From assembly GCF_035594765.1 (NCBI RefSeq), contig NW_026943821.1:2041105-2105104 (forward strand): DNA of 64,000 bases, in the 5' to 3' direction. Numbering within the stretch: position 1 is the first letter of the stretch; each line of letters opens with the position of its first letter. The stretch is from Anolis carolinensis. Taxonomy: Eukaryota. This document shows, piece by piece, positions 1 to 13,003 of the stretch. The position numbers were made by a program, and so were the translations under genes. Under the pieces are notes generated by a model that worked only from the letters and a program-made list of their open reading frames with translations, had not been told where the DNA came from and ran no database searches.

Positions 1-415
1 TCTGCTGCTCCGCTGCATTGCAATTCCTGGTTTGAAAGTATCATTTCTTGCATTGAAAGGAGTTTTTGTGGCATAAACTACGTCAAATTGGGTGAGACTC
101 TATGAGATATCCATTGGAAAACTGGAGCAAAATGTGCCATAGCAGGAGGGGCTGCAAAAGGAGTTTGTGCCGTTTAATAAACTTTCCCCAAGTTTGTACG
201 AAATGAGATTTCTAACCCAGGAACAAAACCAGTGCCCATATCTTTCCTTTGTGGCTCTTAGCCAACTACAAATCCCACAGATCACAAAGGGAGGGTCACC
301 ATGACCCCGGGGATTTTCCATGCGCAACGTTTCAACGGCCGACATAAGATAGATAACATAGACTCTCTTCATCCAAAGGTTAATACAAGGCGCTGGTGAT
401 TTTCCACATCTGGTG

Positions 416-500
416 AGGAAGGAAGGAAGGAAGGAAGGAAGGAAGGAAGGAAGGAAGGAAGGAAGGAAGGAAGGAAGGAAGGAAGGAAGGAAGGAAGGAA
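416..500. repeat. (GGAA)n microsatellite before an assembly gap
   Basis: About 20 perfect GGAA units. N gaps at 589-832, 1690-1841, 17286-17421, 23905-24038 and 48153-48299. Confidence 0.95.
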
Positions 501-1040
501 GAGAAAGAATGAAGGAAGAGAAAGAATGAAGGAAGAAAAGAAAGAAAGGGGAGAAGAGAATGAAAAAAGGACAGAGATGAGAGAATAGNNNNNNNNNNNN
601 NNNNNNNNNNNNNNNNNNNNNNNNNNNNNNNNNNNNNNNNNNNNNNNNNNNNNNNNNNNNNNNNNNNNNNNNNNNNNNNNNNNNNNNNNNNNNNNNNNNN
701 NNNNNNNNNNNNNNNNNNNNNNNNNNNNNNNNNNNNNNNNNNNNNNNNNNNNNNNNNNNNNNNNNNNNNNNNNNNNNNNNNNNNNNNNNNNNNNNNNNNN
801 NNNNNNNNNNNNNNNNNNNNNNNNNNNNNNNNAAAAAGAAAAAAGACAGAAAGAAAGGAAGGAAAAAGAAAGAAAGGGAGGGAGGAAGGAAGAAGAAAGG
901 AAGAAACAAAAAAAGATACTGTTTTTAGTTATTTATATTGGTTTTAACTTGTCACATTTTGTTTCTGTTTTAGGCTTGGTCCCATGTTAGCTGCCCCGAG
1001 TCCCTTCGGGGAGATGGTGGCAGGATAGAAAAATAAAGTT

Positions 1041-1081
<41 letters not shown>

Positions 1082-1689
1082 CAAATCAAATCACATTTTA
1101 TGGATTAGCCCATTGGCCGTATCAAAACATTTAACACATCGACATACATACAACATACAACCCACAGTAAAAAACAAGTTAAAATGAACAAGCTGTTAAC
1201 AAGACCCCGTTCAGGTCAAATATCTGCATCACCTCCACAGTTTACCCCAATTGATTCCAAATATGCAATCCTCAGCTGTGTTGCTTTGAATAGGAAAAGG
1301 GCTGTTTTGGGTGTTATTTTAGGATTCTGGCCAGCCAACAAAAATGAAATTTTAATATGTGGGTCCCAGTGTGTTTTGTGAATAATGTATGGCCTGAGGC
1401 ATTGATCTCTCTCTTTTTATACAATTCACAGCCGAACAGGACATGTGCGATATCCTCCACCTCTGATGCTCCACAAATACAAAATTGTTCGTTGTCTGGA
1501 ACTTGATTAAACCTTCCGTGTATGACTATTGTATCCAGCTGCTCAAATCGAGCTCTGGTAAATACCTTCTGGAGGTGTTTAGGCATTTTTGTCTTTAGAT
1601 ACCTGGCTGTTTGGAAAGTATGTTTAAAATGGCTGAACCATTTCAATGAGCCAGCTTTACTCAGGGTAGCAATGTCTTTTTGGCCTTCT
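1082..1689 (-). mobile_element. LINE 3' fragment (RTE-X-like)
   Basis: Minus ORF with FTRARF...GRF...CICG...EDIAHVLFGC zinc knuckle and a short ATTTG-repeat tail. Runs into a gap. Confidence 0.6.
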
Positions 1690-1990
1690 NNNNNNNNNNN
1701 NNNNNNNNNNNNNNNNNNNNNNNNNNNNNNNNNNNNNNNNNNNNNNNNNNNNNNNNNNNNNNNNNNNNNNNNNNNNNNNNNNNNNNNNNNNNNNNNNNNN
1801 NNNNNNNNNNNNNNNNNNNNNNNNNNNNNNNNNNNNNNNNNGGAAGGAAAAGGAAGAAGAAAGAGAAAAATTGAAAAGATTGGAAGAAAGAAAGGAAGGG
1901 AGAAAGAGACAGAGAGAAGGTTCCCTGCATAGAAAGCCTTGAGGGACATTGAGTTTTTCAGTGGAAAAACAAGGATTTCTTAATAAAATG

Positions 1991-2028
<38 letters not shown>

Positions 2029-2536
2029 ATCAAAGGCCTCTTCCCAGCCGAGGTTACTGGAGTTCATCCTTTGGGCGTCTGGAAGAAGAAGAGAGAGAAA
2101 GAAAGAGGCTCGGCGCTCACATCTTTGGGACAAACATCTCTTTTTTGTTGCTGCTGTGAACGGGAATAACCCCGGGGCCAGTTGTGTGTCTTTCTGTGCG
2201 TTTTGTGTGTCTCGGGTGGGTTTTTCTTCCCTTTTTTTCCCATCCGTCCGGATGAAGGGTCTTGCCAGTTCAAACTGGGAACATTTGGAACGGTTTGTTC
2301 TTTGGAGATGGAATGAAGGAGGGGGAGAAAAGGCAAAGAAAGCAGAGAAATCCCATCTTAGAACAGAGAAGACTTTGGAGGCCTTGTCTTTGGGGTTTTT
2401 TTCCCCCTCCATTTGCTGCATTTTGGCCCAACTACGGTCTTTTAAAGAGCTCTGTGTGTGTTATGTACACACAAACAAATTCATAACAGGCCACAGGGTC
2501 ATCCACATTCAGAAAGGAAAAGTAAAGCAACTATAC

Positions 2537-2594
<58 letters not shown>

Positions 2595-3275
2595 GGGACA
2601 AGATCGAAAAATCAGCTGATGACCCAAAATGCAGACTGTACAAGGAAACGGACAAAACCATGGATCATATCCTCAGCTGCTGTAAGAAAATCGCACAGAC
2701 AGACTACAAACAGAGGCACAACTATGTGGCCCAAATGATCCACTGGAATTTATGCCTCAAGTACCACCTCCCAGCAGTAAAGAACTGGTGGGATCACAAA
2801 CCTGCAAAAGTATTGGAAAATGAGCACGCAAAGATACTGTGGGACTTCTGAATCCAGACTGACAAAGTTCTGGAACACAACACACCAGACATCACAGTTG
2901 TGGAAAAGAAAAAGGTTTGGATCATTGATGTTGCCATCCCAGGTGACAGTCGCATTGACGAAAAACAACAGGAAAAACTCAGCCGCTCTCAGGACCTCAA
3001 GATTGAACTTCAAAGACTCTGGCAGAAACCAGTGCAGGTGGTCCTGGTGGTGATGGGCACATTGGGTGCCGTGCCAAAAGATCTCAGCCGGCATTTGGAA
3101 ACAATAGACATCGAAAAAATCACGATCTGCCAACTGCAAAGGCCACCCTGCTGCGATCTGCACATCATCCGAAAATACATCACACAGTCCTAGACACGCG
3201 GGAAGTGTTCAACTTGTGATTTTGTGATACGACATCCAGCATATCTATCCTGTTTGCTGTGTCATAATAAAATAA
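2595..3275 (+). mobile_element. R4-clade (Dong/Rex6-like) LINE, 3' fragment
   Basis: Zinc knuckle plus restriction-like endonuclease (HNTPDI...IIDVAIPGD). Inserted in (TAA)n. Confidence 0.88.
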
Positions 3276-3289
3276 AATTATAATAATAA

Positions 3290-4400
3290 TTTGTCAACAT
3301 CAGGAGAGGAATTTTCCAGGGAGACTCATTGTCCCCTCTGCTTTCCATTATTGCCATGATCCCTCTGTCAACAATCTTACAAAAAACAAATGTCGGCTAT
3401 CAAACATCTAAGAAATCTCACAAATTTTCGCATCTGATGTACATGGATGACCTGAAGCTGTATGGGAAAACGGAAATGGAAATCCAGTCTCTGGCTAACA
3501 CTGTCCGAATTTTTAGCACTGATGTCAGCATGGAGTTTGGTTTGGACAAATGTTCGACAGTGGCATCGAAGAAGGGAAAAATCATTGAAAGTGAGGGCAT
3601 AAATATGCCTAATGGCCAAACAATAAAGTGTCACCAACCAGAGGCCTATAAATATCTGGGCATATTACAGCTGGACAACATCAAGCATGAACATGTGAAA
3701 ACTGTGGTCAGCAAAGAATACACACAAAGGGTCAGAAAAATTCTCAAAAGCAAGCTCAATGGAGGCAACACCATCAAGGCCATAAACACCTGGGCCATAC
3801 CTGTCATAAGATATACTGCTGGTATTATAAACTGGACACAGGCGGAACTGGACGATTTGGACAGAAAAACAAGAAAACTCATGAGCATTCATCATTCACT
3901 GCACCCTCACAATGATGTTGACCGGCTCTATCTGCCTAGAAGATCAGGGGGCAGAGGACTCTTATAAGTCAAACAAGCAGTCAAAGAAGAAGAACATGCC
4001 CTGGCAGAATATGTAAAGCAAAGTGAAGAACCTGCTTTGATTGAAGTAAAAAATCAGAAACTCCTCAAAGCACATCAGACAAAAAACCAGTACAAGAAAA
4101 CCGCACTACAAACTAGAGCTGACAGCTGGCACAACAAAACATTGCACGGAAAGTTCCTTGACAAAATTGAAGGAAAAGCTGATAAGGAGAAGACCTGGCT
4201 CTGGCTCACGAATGGGATCCTGAAGAAGGAGACAGAAGGCCTGATCCTTGCAGCCCAGGAGCAACCCATCAGGACAATTAAGGCCAAGATCAAAAAATCA
4301 GCTGATGACCCAAAATGCAGACTGTGCAAGGAAACTGATGAAACCATTAATCATATCCTCAGCTGCTGAAAGAAAATTGCACAGACAGACTACAAACAGA
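3290..4400 (+). mobile_element. R4-clade LINE, RT fragment
   Basis: RGIFQGDSLSPLL, YMDDLKLY, YKYLGI and GGRGL RT motifs, with internal stops. Confidence 0.88.
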
Positions 4401-5149
4401 GGTAGTTATTTTTTTATTCTAATCGCTCATAGATTCCCAACATGAATTAATTGAGTTCATTATGAAGTCCAACTTCCCCTATTAGCGAGAAACGGACGGC
4501 GGAGGCAGCATGGCAGCGGAAAATCATGGATGACAATCAGCTGTTTTTTTGAACAAAGGTTATTTCCCGAAGCGTAGGAGTCCAGAGTGCAGAAAGTGAG
4601 ATAGCAGTTAGTCTTAGAATTAGTCTAGGAAAATATGATACCAAACATGGAGCCGATTTGTTGACCCGCAGATGGGTTCTCGGTATCCACGGTTCAAAGA
4701 AACACAATGTCGGCCCGAACCAGTGACTGCCCGCAGCTTGGGAAATAGTCCATACGTTAGAAGGCTAGTGTCAGTGGAAAGGAAAAGCTCATATGCTAGT
4801 ATCAGTGAAGAGACACACAGTATCACTATGAGAGGAAGAAAGTTAAAATGCAATGATACTTTATTTGGGATTAGTTACAGTGTTAAGGTTGGGGAGAAAA
4901 GAAGAGGAAAGGATGGTCCTGGCTCGTTGAAGCTGCTGCTGGGGCGCACATGTCATGGGTTGCTGGCCCAACGGGGCTTTCTGAATCTGTGGAACTCCTT
5001 GCTGCAGGCCAGATCAGATAGAATGCAGGGAGCTCCTGGGGGCTCGGCCTCATATAGATAGATGTTGCAAAAGCCTATAAATCTATTGCAATAAATTACT
5101 TAAATATCACAGAAGTGAGCGATGTTGTTGTTGTTGTTGTTGTTGTTAC

Positions 5150-6180
5150 TGTATGACACAGCAAACAAGATAGACATGCTGGATTTCATATCACAAAATC
5201 ACAAGTCGAACACTTCCCAAGTGTCTAGGACCGTGTGATGTATTTTCGGATGATACGTGCAGATCCCAGTCGGGTGGCCTTTTGCAGTTGGCAGATCGTG
5301 ATTTTGCCAATGTCTATTGTTTCCAAATGCCGTCTGAGATCTTTTGGCACGGCACCCAGTGTGCCTATCACCACCGGGACCACCTGCACTGGTTTCTGCC
5401 AGAGTCTTTGCAGTTCAATCTTGAGGTCCTGATAAAGGCTGAGTTTTTCCTGTTGTTTTTCATCAATGCGGCTGTCACCTGGGATGGAAACATCAATGAT
5501 CCAAACCTTTTTCTTTTCCACAACTGTGATGTCTGGTGTGTTGTGTTCCAGAACTTTGTCAGTCTGGATTCGGAAACCCCACAGTATCTTTGCCTGCTCA
5601 TTTTCCAAGACTTTTGCAAGTTTGTGATCCCACCAGTTCTTTGCTGCTGGGAGGTGGTACTTGAGGCATAAGTTCCAATAAATCATTTGGGCCACATAGT
5701 TGTGCCTCTGTTTGTAGTCTGACTGTGCAATTTTCTTACAGCAGCTGAGGATATGATCAATGGTTTCATCGGTTTCCTTGCACAGTCTGCATTTTGGGTC
5801 ATCAGATGATTTTTCGAGCTTAGCCTTGATTGCCTTTGTCCTGATGTCTTGCTCCTGGGCTGCAAGGATCAGGCCTTCTGTCTCCTTCTTCAGGGTCCCA
5901 TTTGTGAGCCAGAGCCAAGTCTTCTCCTTATCAGCTTTTCCTTCAATTTTGTCAAGGAACTTTCCATGCAATGTTTTGTTGTGCCAGCTGTCAGCTCTAG
6001 TTTGTAGTGCGGATTTCTTGTACTGATTCTTTGTCTGCTGTGTTTTGAGGAGTTTCTGATTTTTGACTTCAATCAAAGCAGGTTCTTCACTTTGCTTTCC
6101 ATATTCTGCCAGGGCATGTTCTTCTTCTTTGACTGCTTGTTTTACTTGTAAGAATCCTCTGCCCCCCGATCTTCTAGGCA
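5150..6180 (-). mobile_element. R4-clade LINE, 3' fragment
   Basis: ORF 5225-6268 contains CRLCKETDETIDHILSCC and the PD..D endonuclease. (CAA)n tail. Confidence 0.9.
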
Positions 6181-6879
6181 CTATTCCCCACTTTATCTCT
6201 CCCGAAGGCGACTTGCAGCCTTGTTCTATGCAAAATTTGCACTTGGGGTTATTTTGTACCGAAAACATAAAACAATTCCTTCACGGTGGGCGGATAGACT
6301 AGATAACCCTTGGGGGTCCCTTCCAGTTCTATATATCTATTTGTGCCTTTGTGCAAACTTGTTTTGCAACAACCTGTATGGAAATGGCTAGCCAGCCATT
6401 CCTTCCTTCTGCTTTTTCTTGCACAATCTGTCTGGAAGTGTGAAGAAACCAGGTTGCGCATAAGCACAATGACAACAAAGAAAAGTAACCATTTCTCCTT
6501 TTTGAAAAATTGAGTTTCCAAGAAGGGATGGAGCACCTTAACCAATGAAGGAGGAGAAAGGGGAGGGAACAGGGAGGATCCCATTGCATCTGTCAAAGAG
6601 GTATGAGGAGAGTCCTTTTAGGGAGCAGCCGAGTGCGAATCCTGCCCAGAGCAGTGGACGATTGTCTTTGCAATCCTTGGTACCAGTAAGTATAAGAGGA
6701 AGACAAATGGAATGGGATGCAGGTAGAGTTGGCCCATATTGGGAAAGACATCCCAGCCCATAGAAACTGATGTTTTAATTTTGGGATTATGGGAGTTGTA
6801 GTTCCCAGAAGGAACTTCTCAAAACGCTATGCTGTTTTGGAGGATTTGTTGAGTGGAAAAGTATGAGAGAGCATTAAAA

Positions 6880-7390
6880 AATCTTTTGAAAAACCTTTGG
6901 AAAACTTTTCAAAACTTTTGGAAAAATATTCAAAACTTTTGAAAAAACTTTTTGAAAACTATGTTGTCGAAGGCTTTCATGGTCAGGATCACAGAGTTGT
7001 ATTTTTTTGTACATACAGCCCGGAAAACATACAACAACCCTTTTGGAAAACTTTTTAAAACTTTTGGAAAAACATTCAAAACCTTTGAAAAACTTTTGAA
7101 AAACTTTCAGAAAACTTTTAAAAACTTTTGGAAAACTTTTGCAGGTTCCATGCTGGTTTGAGAATTCTGGGAGTGGTAATACAAGAAAGAATGTTTCAAG
7201 AATATATGGTTTGGGGATACTAGGTGTAGTAGTCCCAAGAAGGAATTTTTCAAGACCCTAGAGTATTCTGGGAATGATAATCCCAGAGAAAAAAAAACTT
7301 TGAAAAATGTTTGGAAAACTTTTCAAAACCTTTTGGAAAAAAAAAATTTCAAAACTTTTGGAAAAACTTTTCGGAAACATTTTGAAACTC
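6880..7390. repeat. About 11-bp GAAAAACTTTT degenerate minisatellite
   Basis: Three clusters of AAAACTTTT units upstream of the first APOC1 coding exon. Confidence 0.75.
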
Positions 7391-7536
7391 CATGAGTGTT
7401 AATCCCTCAAAATAACTTGTAGGTGCAGTATTGGTTTACTGGAATAAAGCCTTTCCTCCTATATATACAATGCTCATGTTTTTTTTAATTTTCTTTTCAG
7501 TTTCTTCACCAGGAAGTCCAGTTTTCTTCCATAAAC

Positions 7537-7591
7537 ATGCAGATCGTACTTTCTGTTGCCGTGGTGCTCGTGGCACTCTCTGTCGTGGCAG
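7537..7591 (+). CDS. APOC1: Apolipoprotein C-I, coding exon 1 (signal peptide)
   Basis: ATG at 7537 reads MQIVLSVAVVLVALSVVA+G, a hydrophobic signal peptide. Phase-1 donor GTGAGA at 7592. Acceptor-like TTTTCAG at 7500. Confidence 0.9.
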
Positions 7592-7614
7592 GTGAGACCT
7601 AAACACAACTGTTG

Positions 7615-7674
<60 letters not shown>

Positions 7675-8197
7675 CGTAACTGTGGATAGGGGATCGGTGG
7701 TGACGGAGGCGCTATTGAATGAATTATATTCAATTTTTCCATCCAAAGCTCTAACTATAAAGTCATATAATATGAAAAACGCATCAAGCCAACCTAAGTG
7801 TTGCAATCCTCAGGTGAAACTTTTGCAAAGGCTGCTTTTTCCCATATTGTGCCGTCATCTCTGGTTTGGCCAGCTTTGGTAGTTTTGCAATATATCTCTG
7901 GGTCGCCGCACCTTTTTGCTCCCCAAAAAAGATACACCCCCAGTTTGCAAGGCTCTCCGAAACCCATTACAGCAGCCTTTCCCAGTTGGACATGTCCCAG
8001 CAGGCCTGGACCTTCCCAGTATCTTCCTCCCAGCTTTCATTCCTTTCTCCTTTTTTACTTTTTCATTCCTTTCTTCATCCCGGTTTCCCCAGGGGAAAAA
8101 AAAAACTTTTTGTGGCGCATCCATTCTGAAGAAAGTATGCTGTTTGCCACTTGAACTGCAATGGCTCAATGCTATAGAAAAAATGCTATAGAAAAAA

Positions 8198-8635
8198 GTT
8201 GTCGTTTTATAAGGTTTTTAGCCATCTCTGCCAAACTACAACTCCCAGGATCCTGTAATTGCACTCAAAGAATCCTGGGAGTTGTAGTTTTATAAGGTTT
8301 TTAGCCATCTCTGCCAAACTCCAACTCCCAGGATCCCGTAATTGCACTCAAAGAATCCTGGGAGTTGTAGTTTTATAAGGTTTTTAGCCATCTCTGCCAA
8401 ACTACAACTCCCAGGATCCTGTAATTGCACTCAAAGAATCCCGGGAGTTGTAGTTTTATAAGGTCTTTAGCCATGTCCGCCAAACTACAGCTCCCAGGAT
8501 CCCATAGCACTGAGCCACAGCAGTTCAAGTGGTGTCAAACTGTGTTTCATTCGGCAGCGTAATTGCACTCAAAGAATCCCGGTAGTTGTAGTTTTATAAG
8601 GTCTTTAGCCATCTCTGCCAAACTACAACTCCCAT
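8198..8635. repeat. 83-bp tandem repeat in APOC1 intron
   Basis: Units start at 8281, 8364 and 8447. Each carries inverted GGGAGTTGTAGTTT / AAACTACAACTCCC. Confidence 0.85.
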
Positions 8636-8801
8636 GAGCCTGGGCAATGTAGGCGCATCCTCCCCAGTAAGTATAGAAATGTATGCAAGCAGGAGATGCT
8701 CCGAAGTTCACAGACATGACTTTTTCTCTCCTTCGACATCTTCCAGGATGCTGGGAGTTGTAGTCCAAAGAGTGCCCAGCTGCTTCTTTGTCTTGCTCTA
8801 G

Positions 8802-8955
8802 GTACTGATGAAACCCCAGTTGCAAACGAACCCAGTTTGTCTCAGAAACTGGAGAAATTCAAGCAGGAAGTCCAGACTTTTGTGGACCGCGTCGGGGAGG
8901 AAACCAAGGAGACTCTCCATGACATCCGTCACAGTGAATTCGGCAACAGAACCCG
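8802..8955 (+). CDS. APOC1: Apolipoprotein C-I, coding exon 2
   Basis: Acceptor CTCTAG|, then GTDETPVANEPSLSQKLEKFKQEVQTFVDRVGEETKETLHDIRHSEFGNRT(R), an amphipathic helix matching ApoC-I. Phase-2 donor GTGAGT at 8956. Confidence 0.93.
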
Positions 8956-9203
8956 GTGAGTCGCCACAGAATCCCATGCAGAGTTGGACTGCAAGTCCCA
9001 GAATCCCTTCGCCTGTCAAGGGGATGCGGTTGGAACCCTGCTTTAAGCAATGAGATGGAAATTCCTGGGAGTTGTTTTCTAATCCTTTGGGCAGAGAAGG
9101 GGAAATAGCTTGGGGGAACTATAACTCGAGTATATACAGTAAATAAAGTGTTGTTGTTGTTGTTGTTGTTGTTATTCCTCTGACTCTTTCTTGCCCTCGA
9201 AAG

Positions 9204-9279
9204 GAACTGGTTCTCCGAAAAGTTCCGGAAGCTGAAGGAGAAATTCAGGACCCTGTTTCCCAGAGAGGAAGCCAACTGA
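9204..9279 (+). CDS. APOC1: Apolipoprotein C-I, last coding exon
   Basis: RNWFSEKFRKLKEKFRTLFPREEAN*, matching human REWFSETFQKVKEKLK. Exons total 285 nt = 94 aa + stop. AATAAA at 9438. Confidence 0.93.
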
Positions 9280-9825
9280 ATCCCTCCGTGGAGCACAATT
9301 CCCATCGTCCCTACGCTGGATGGAAGAAGAAGACCTTCAAGAAGCAATGATGGAGTTCCTTCCGACCCTTTTCCTTCCTTTCGTCCTTCTGTCATCCGCT
9401 TCTTTCCATCTCTGTGTGCATTCCATCCAGTATTATTAATAAAGAGATACTGCCTACTCTTAAGATATTTTTTCCCTTTCCTTCTTCCTGGACACACTCA
9501 TGGGAGCTGTAGTTTTGATGCTCCCATTTGAGGAGGCAACCCCTGGCAGTGAGACCAGGGAGAAGCCTGTTGGCAGAAGCCCAGGCAAGTGATCCGCCTG
9601 AGCTGCCCATTTTAAATGAGTCCCTGCTTTGGCGAGCATACCGATCAGGCCCAATTGGAATTGGCCAGCAAGCAAGGAGAGAAGGTGATTTTCAGCCAAG
9701 GAAGATTTTATGATCTGCAGATAAGATGCTAGCTAGTGATACATTCACAAAGCAGATAGCATCCAGAATACAGTTTCACAGCCCTTTTTATACATAGGCT
9801 TCAGCCAAGCCTCTAATTCTGACCA

Positions 9826-10147
9826 GGGATCCCCGGTGGCGAAGTGTGTTAAAGCATTGAGCTGCTGAACTTGCCGACCGAAAGGTCACAGGTTCAAATC
9901 CTGGGAGCAGAGTGAGCACCCGCTGTTAGCTCCAGCTTCTGCCAACCTAGCAGTTCGAAAACATGCCAATGTGAGTAGATGAATAGGTACCACTCCTGTG
10001 GGAAGGTAACGGCGCTCCATGCAGTCATGCCAGCCACATGGCCTTGGAGGTGTCTGTGGACAACGCCGGCTCTTCAGTTTAGAAATGGAGATGAGCACCA
10101 ACCCCCGGAGTCAGACATGACTGCACTTAATATCAGGGGAAACCTTT
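9826..10147 (+). mobile_element. Sauria SINE
   Basis: tRNA-like head, characteristic body and ACCTTT tail. Minus-strand copies at about 27330-27636, 30896-31230, 40948-41110 and 63800-64000. Confidence 0.85.
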
Positions 10148-10379
10148 AAAAATTCTGACCAGTCACAGAGAGGGGCTTGGCTCACCGGCCGGCGTGGGCT
10201 GGGACGTTTAAGTGACGATAAATGAGGTTCCTTTTATTGAACAGGAAAAATAACAAAACGATTGAGGGCGTCTATGGCCCTACCCAGGGAAGGTTATTGT
10301 TCTATGAAATGAACATGACATGGCCCATTAAGAGGACTGGCCTGGCGATTCCAGACCTCAGAGAAACAAAACATCATAT

Positions 10380-10810
10380 ATTTATTTTATCTATTTATTT
10401 ACAGTATTTATATTCCACCCTTCTCACCCCGAAGGGGACTCAGGGCGGATCACATTACACATATAGGCAAACATTCAATGCCATAAACACATAGAAAAAA
10501 GACAGAGACAGACGCAGAGGCAATTTAACCTTCTCCCGAGGGGATGTTTTATTTTGGCCACAGGGGGGAGCAGCTGCTTCATCATCTACTGTGATGGCAC
10601 TTCCTCATTCCAACGTCGTAAATTAGTTAAATTTGCCTCCCCACTTTTATAAGTGGTACCTTATTTCCTACTTGATAGATGCAACTATCTTTCAGGTTGC
10701 TAGGTCAGCAACGAGCAGGGGCTATTTTTTATTTTTTAATTGACGGGTGCTCATCCCGCCATGGGCTGGCCTCGAACTCATGACCTCATGGTCAGAGTGA
10801 TTTATTACCA
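10380..10810 (-). mobile_element. tRNA-derived SINE with L2-like tail
   Basis: B-box GAGTTCGAGGCC on the minus strand, L2-type 3' end. Related copies at about 32150-32372 and 40636-40945. Confidence 0.7.
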
Positions 10811-11454
10811 CAGCCCAGCCCCATATATATACAATATATATTGTATATATTAATACAATCATGCAAAAATGACAGAAGATGGGTTTTGGCTGTAGAAATG
10901 CTGATTCCTTCTGACGTGAGTGGTCCCAGGCGTCAAAGGTGTGGGTAGTGAATTGCTCTCTCCCCAAGGGGAGAAGTATTGTGTTGCAATGTCCAGGTAA
11001 AGTCCAAAAAAATAGGTGAAACTGGGAACTTGATGAGAAAGTTCCCAGCTTAGTTTCTTTTCCCCAGGATATACAATTGTGTGGGAGGCAAGACATCTTT
11101 GGGTTCAGGAACACGGAAGGAATGGGGATCTCAGGAGCATAAAACACAAGGTTAACACGACATATAGGCAAAATAGGAACACATAGGAAAAAAACATGGA
11201 GAGACATAGTTTTCCAAAGTACTGTATATACTCGAGTATAAGCCTAGTTTTTCAGCCCTTTTTTTAAGACTGAAAAAGCCCTCCTCCACTTATACTCGGG
11301 TGGGGGTCCTGGTTGGCTTATATTTGGGTCAGCTTATACTCGAGAATATAGGGTACATTTATTATTTTTCTCTATTATTATTGGTATTATTACATTTATT
11401 ATTTTTCTCTATTATTGTTGCTACTATTACGTATATTTTACTCTATTATTTTAT

Positions 11455-11544
11455 TGTATGACACAGCAAACAAGATAGACATGCTGGATTTCATATCACA
11501 AAATCACAAGTTGAACACTTCCCAAGTGTCTAGGACTGTGTGAG

Positions 11545-11601
<57 letters not shown>

Positions 11602-12130
11602 TATTATTATTATGACACAGCAAACAAGATAGATATGCTGGGTTTTGTATCACAAAATCACAAGTCGAGCACTTCCCAAGTGTCTAGGACTGTGTGATGT
11701 ATTTTCGGATGATGCGTGCAGATCCCAGTAGGGTGGCCTTTTGCAGTTGACAGATCGTAATTTTGTCAATGTCTATTGTTTCCAAATGCCAGCTGAGATC
11801 TTTTGGCACGGCACCTAGTGTGCCCATCACCACCGGGACCACCTGCACTGGTTTCTGCCAGAATCTTTGCAGTTCAATCTTGAGATCCTGAGAGCGGCTG
11901 AGTTTCTCCTGTTGTTTCTCGTCAATGCGACTGTCACCTGGGATTCGGAAGTCCCACAGTATCTTTGCGTGCTCATTTTCCGATACTTTTGCAGGTTTGT
12001 GATCCCACCAGTTTTTTGCTGCTGGCAGGTGGTACTTGAGGCATAAGTTCCAATGAATCATTTGGGCCACATAGTTGTGCCTCTGTTTGTAGTCTGTCTG
12101 TGCAATTTTCTTACAGCAGCTGAGGATCTG
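11455..12130 (-). mobile_element. R4-clade LINE, 3' fragments
   Basis: ORF 11684-12070 is the endonuclease domain with an internal deletion. Flanked by (TTA)n. Confidence 0.85.
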
Positions 12131-12172
<42 letters not shown>

Positions 12173-12604
12173 GCATTTATTATTTTACTCTATTATTATT
12201 AAAAGGCAAAGAGTGCAAACTATGAGTACAAAGCCCCCAATTCCATACCATGGCAGTTCAAGCAGTCTCAAACTACATGGAGGATTCGGCCATGTAGTTG
12301 CACCTTTCGGGACCGCCAGTGAGTCTGGTCGATCAATGAGTAACCATGGAGTAAATATTGCACAAACTGGCCTGAGCGGATCCTCACCTTCTTTGCCCCA
12401 ATTCTGTCTGCTCACCAATATTTGTGCAAACAGAACTTTGGACTAAAAGCCTTGCTTTCGGATGGGGTTGTTTTATTTCAAATAAAAGGTCCAAGAAACC
12501 TCCTAAAACAGAGGCCCAATGCCTTCTAATTGTGGGATTTGTAGTTTTCCTAAGGGTGCATCTTCACTGTAGAATGCAGAATACACTTGAATTACCAGGG
12601 CTAA

Positions 12605-13003
12605 ATGGTATCTATATTTGTATTTCTGAAATTTACTATCCTCGGCTTATACTGGAGTCAATGTTTTCCCAGTTTTTTTGTGGTAAAATTAGGTGCCTCG
12701 TCTTATATTCGGGTCGGCTTATACTCGAGTATATACGGTAATTTTATTGGTATCTCGGCTTATACTGGAGTCAATGTTTTCCCAGTTTTTTTGTGGTAAA
12801 ATTAGGTGCCTCGGCTTATATTCGGGTCGGCTTATACTCGAGTATATACGGTAATTTTATTGGTATCTCGGCTTATACTGGAGTCAATGTTTTCCCAGTT
12901 TTTTTGTGGTAAAATTAGGTGCCTTGGCTTATATTCAGGTCGGCTTATATTCGGGTCGGCTTATATTCGGGTCAGCTTATATTCAGGTCGAGTATATACG
13001 GTA
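12605..13003. mobile_element. Tandemly amplified end of a Tc1/mariner-superfamily MITE
   Basis: Three units of about 113 bp ending in CTTATACTCGAGTATATACGG-TA. The same terminus occurs at 11221, 25278, 50588 and 55678. Confidence 0.72.

Noticed and set aside
301-418. Short ATG ORF with GGGATTTTCC and a donor-like GTGAGG, considered as an APOE or upstream-gene exon
   Set aside because: The frame ends at TGA before the donor and shows no similarity to ApoE.
100-909. 269-aa ORF and other ORFs containing X or poly-N/Y/I/L
   Set aside because: Products of N gaps and microsatellites.
4400-4900. Possible L1-like 3' fragment after the R4 RT piece
   Set aside because: Too degenerate to assign by eye.
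9826-9910. tRNA-like sequences
   Set aside because: Heads of SINEs, with no complete cloverleaf.
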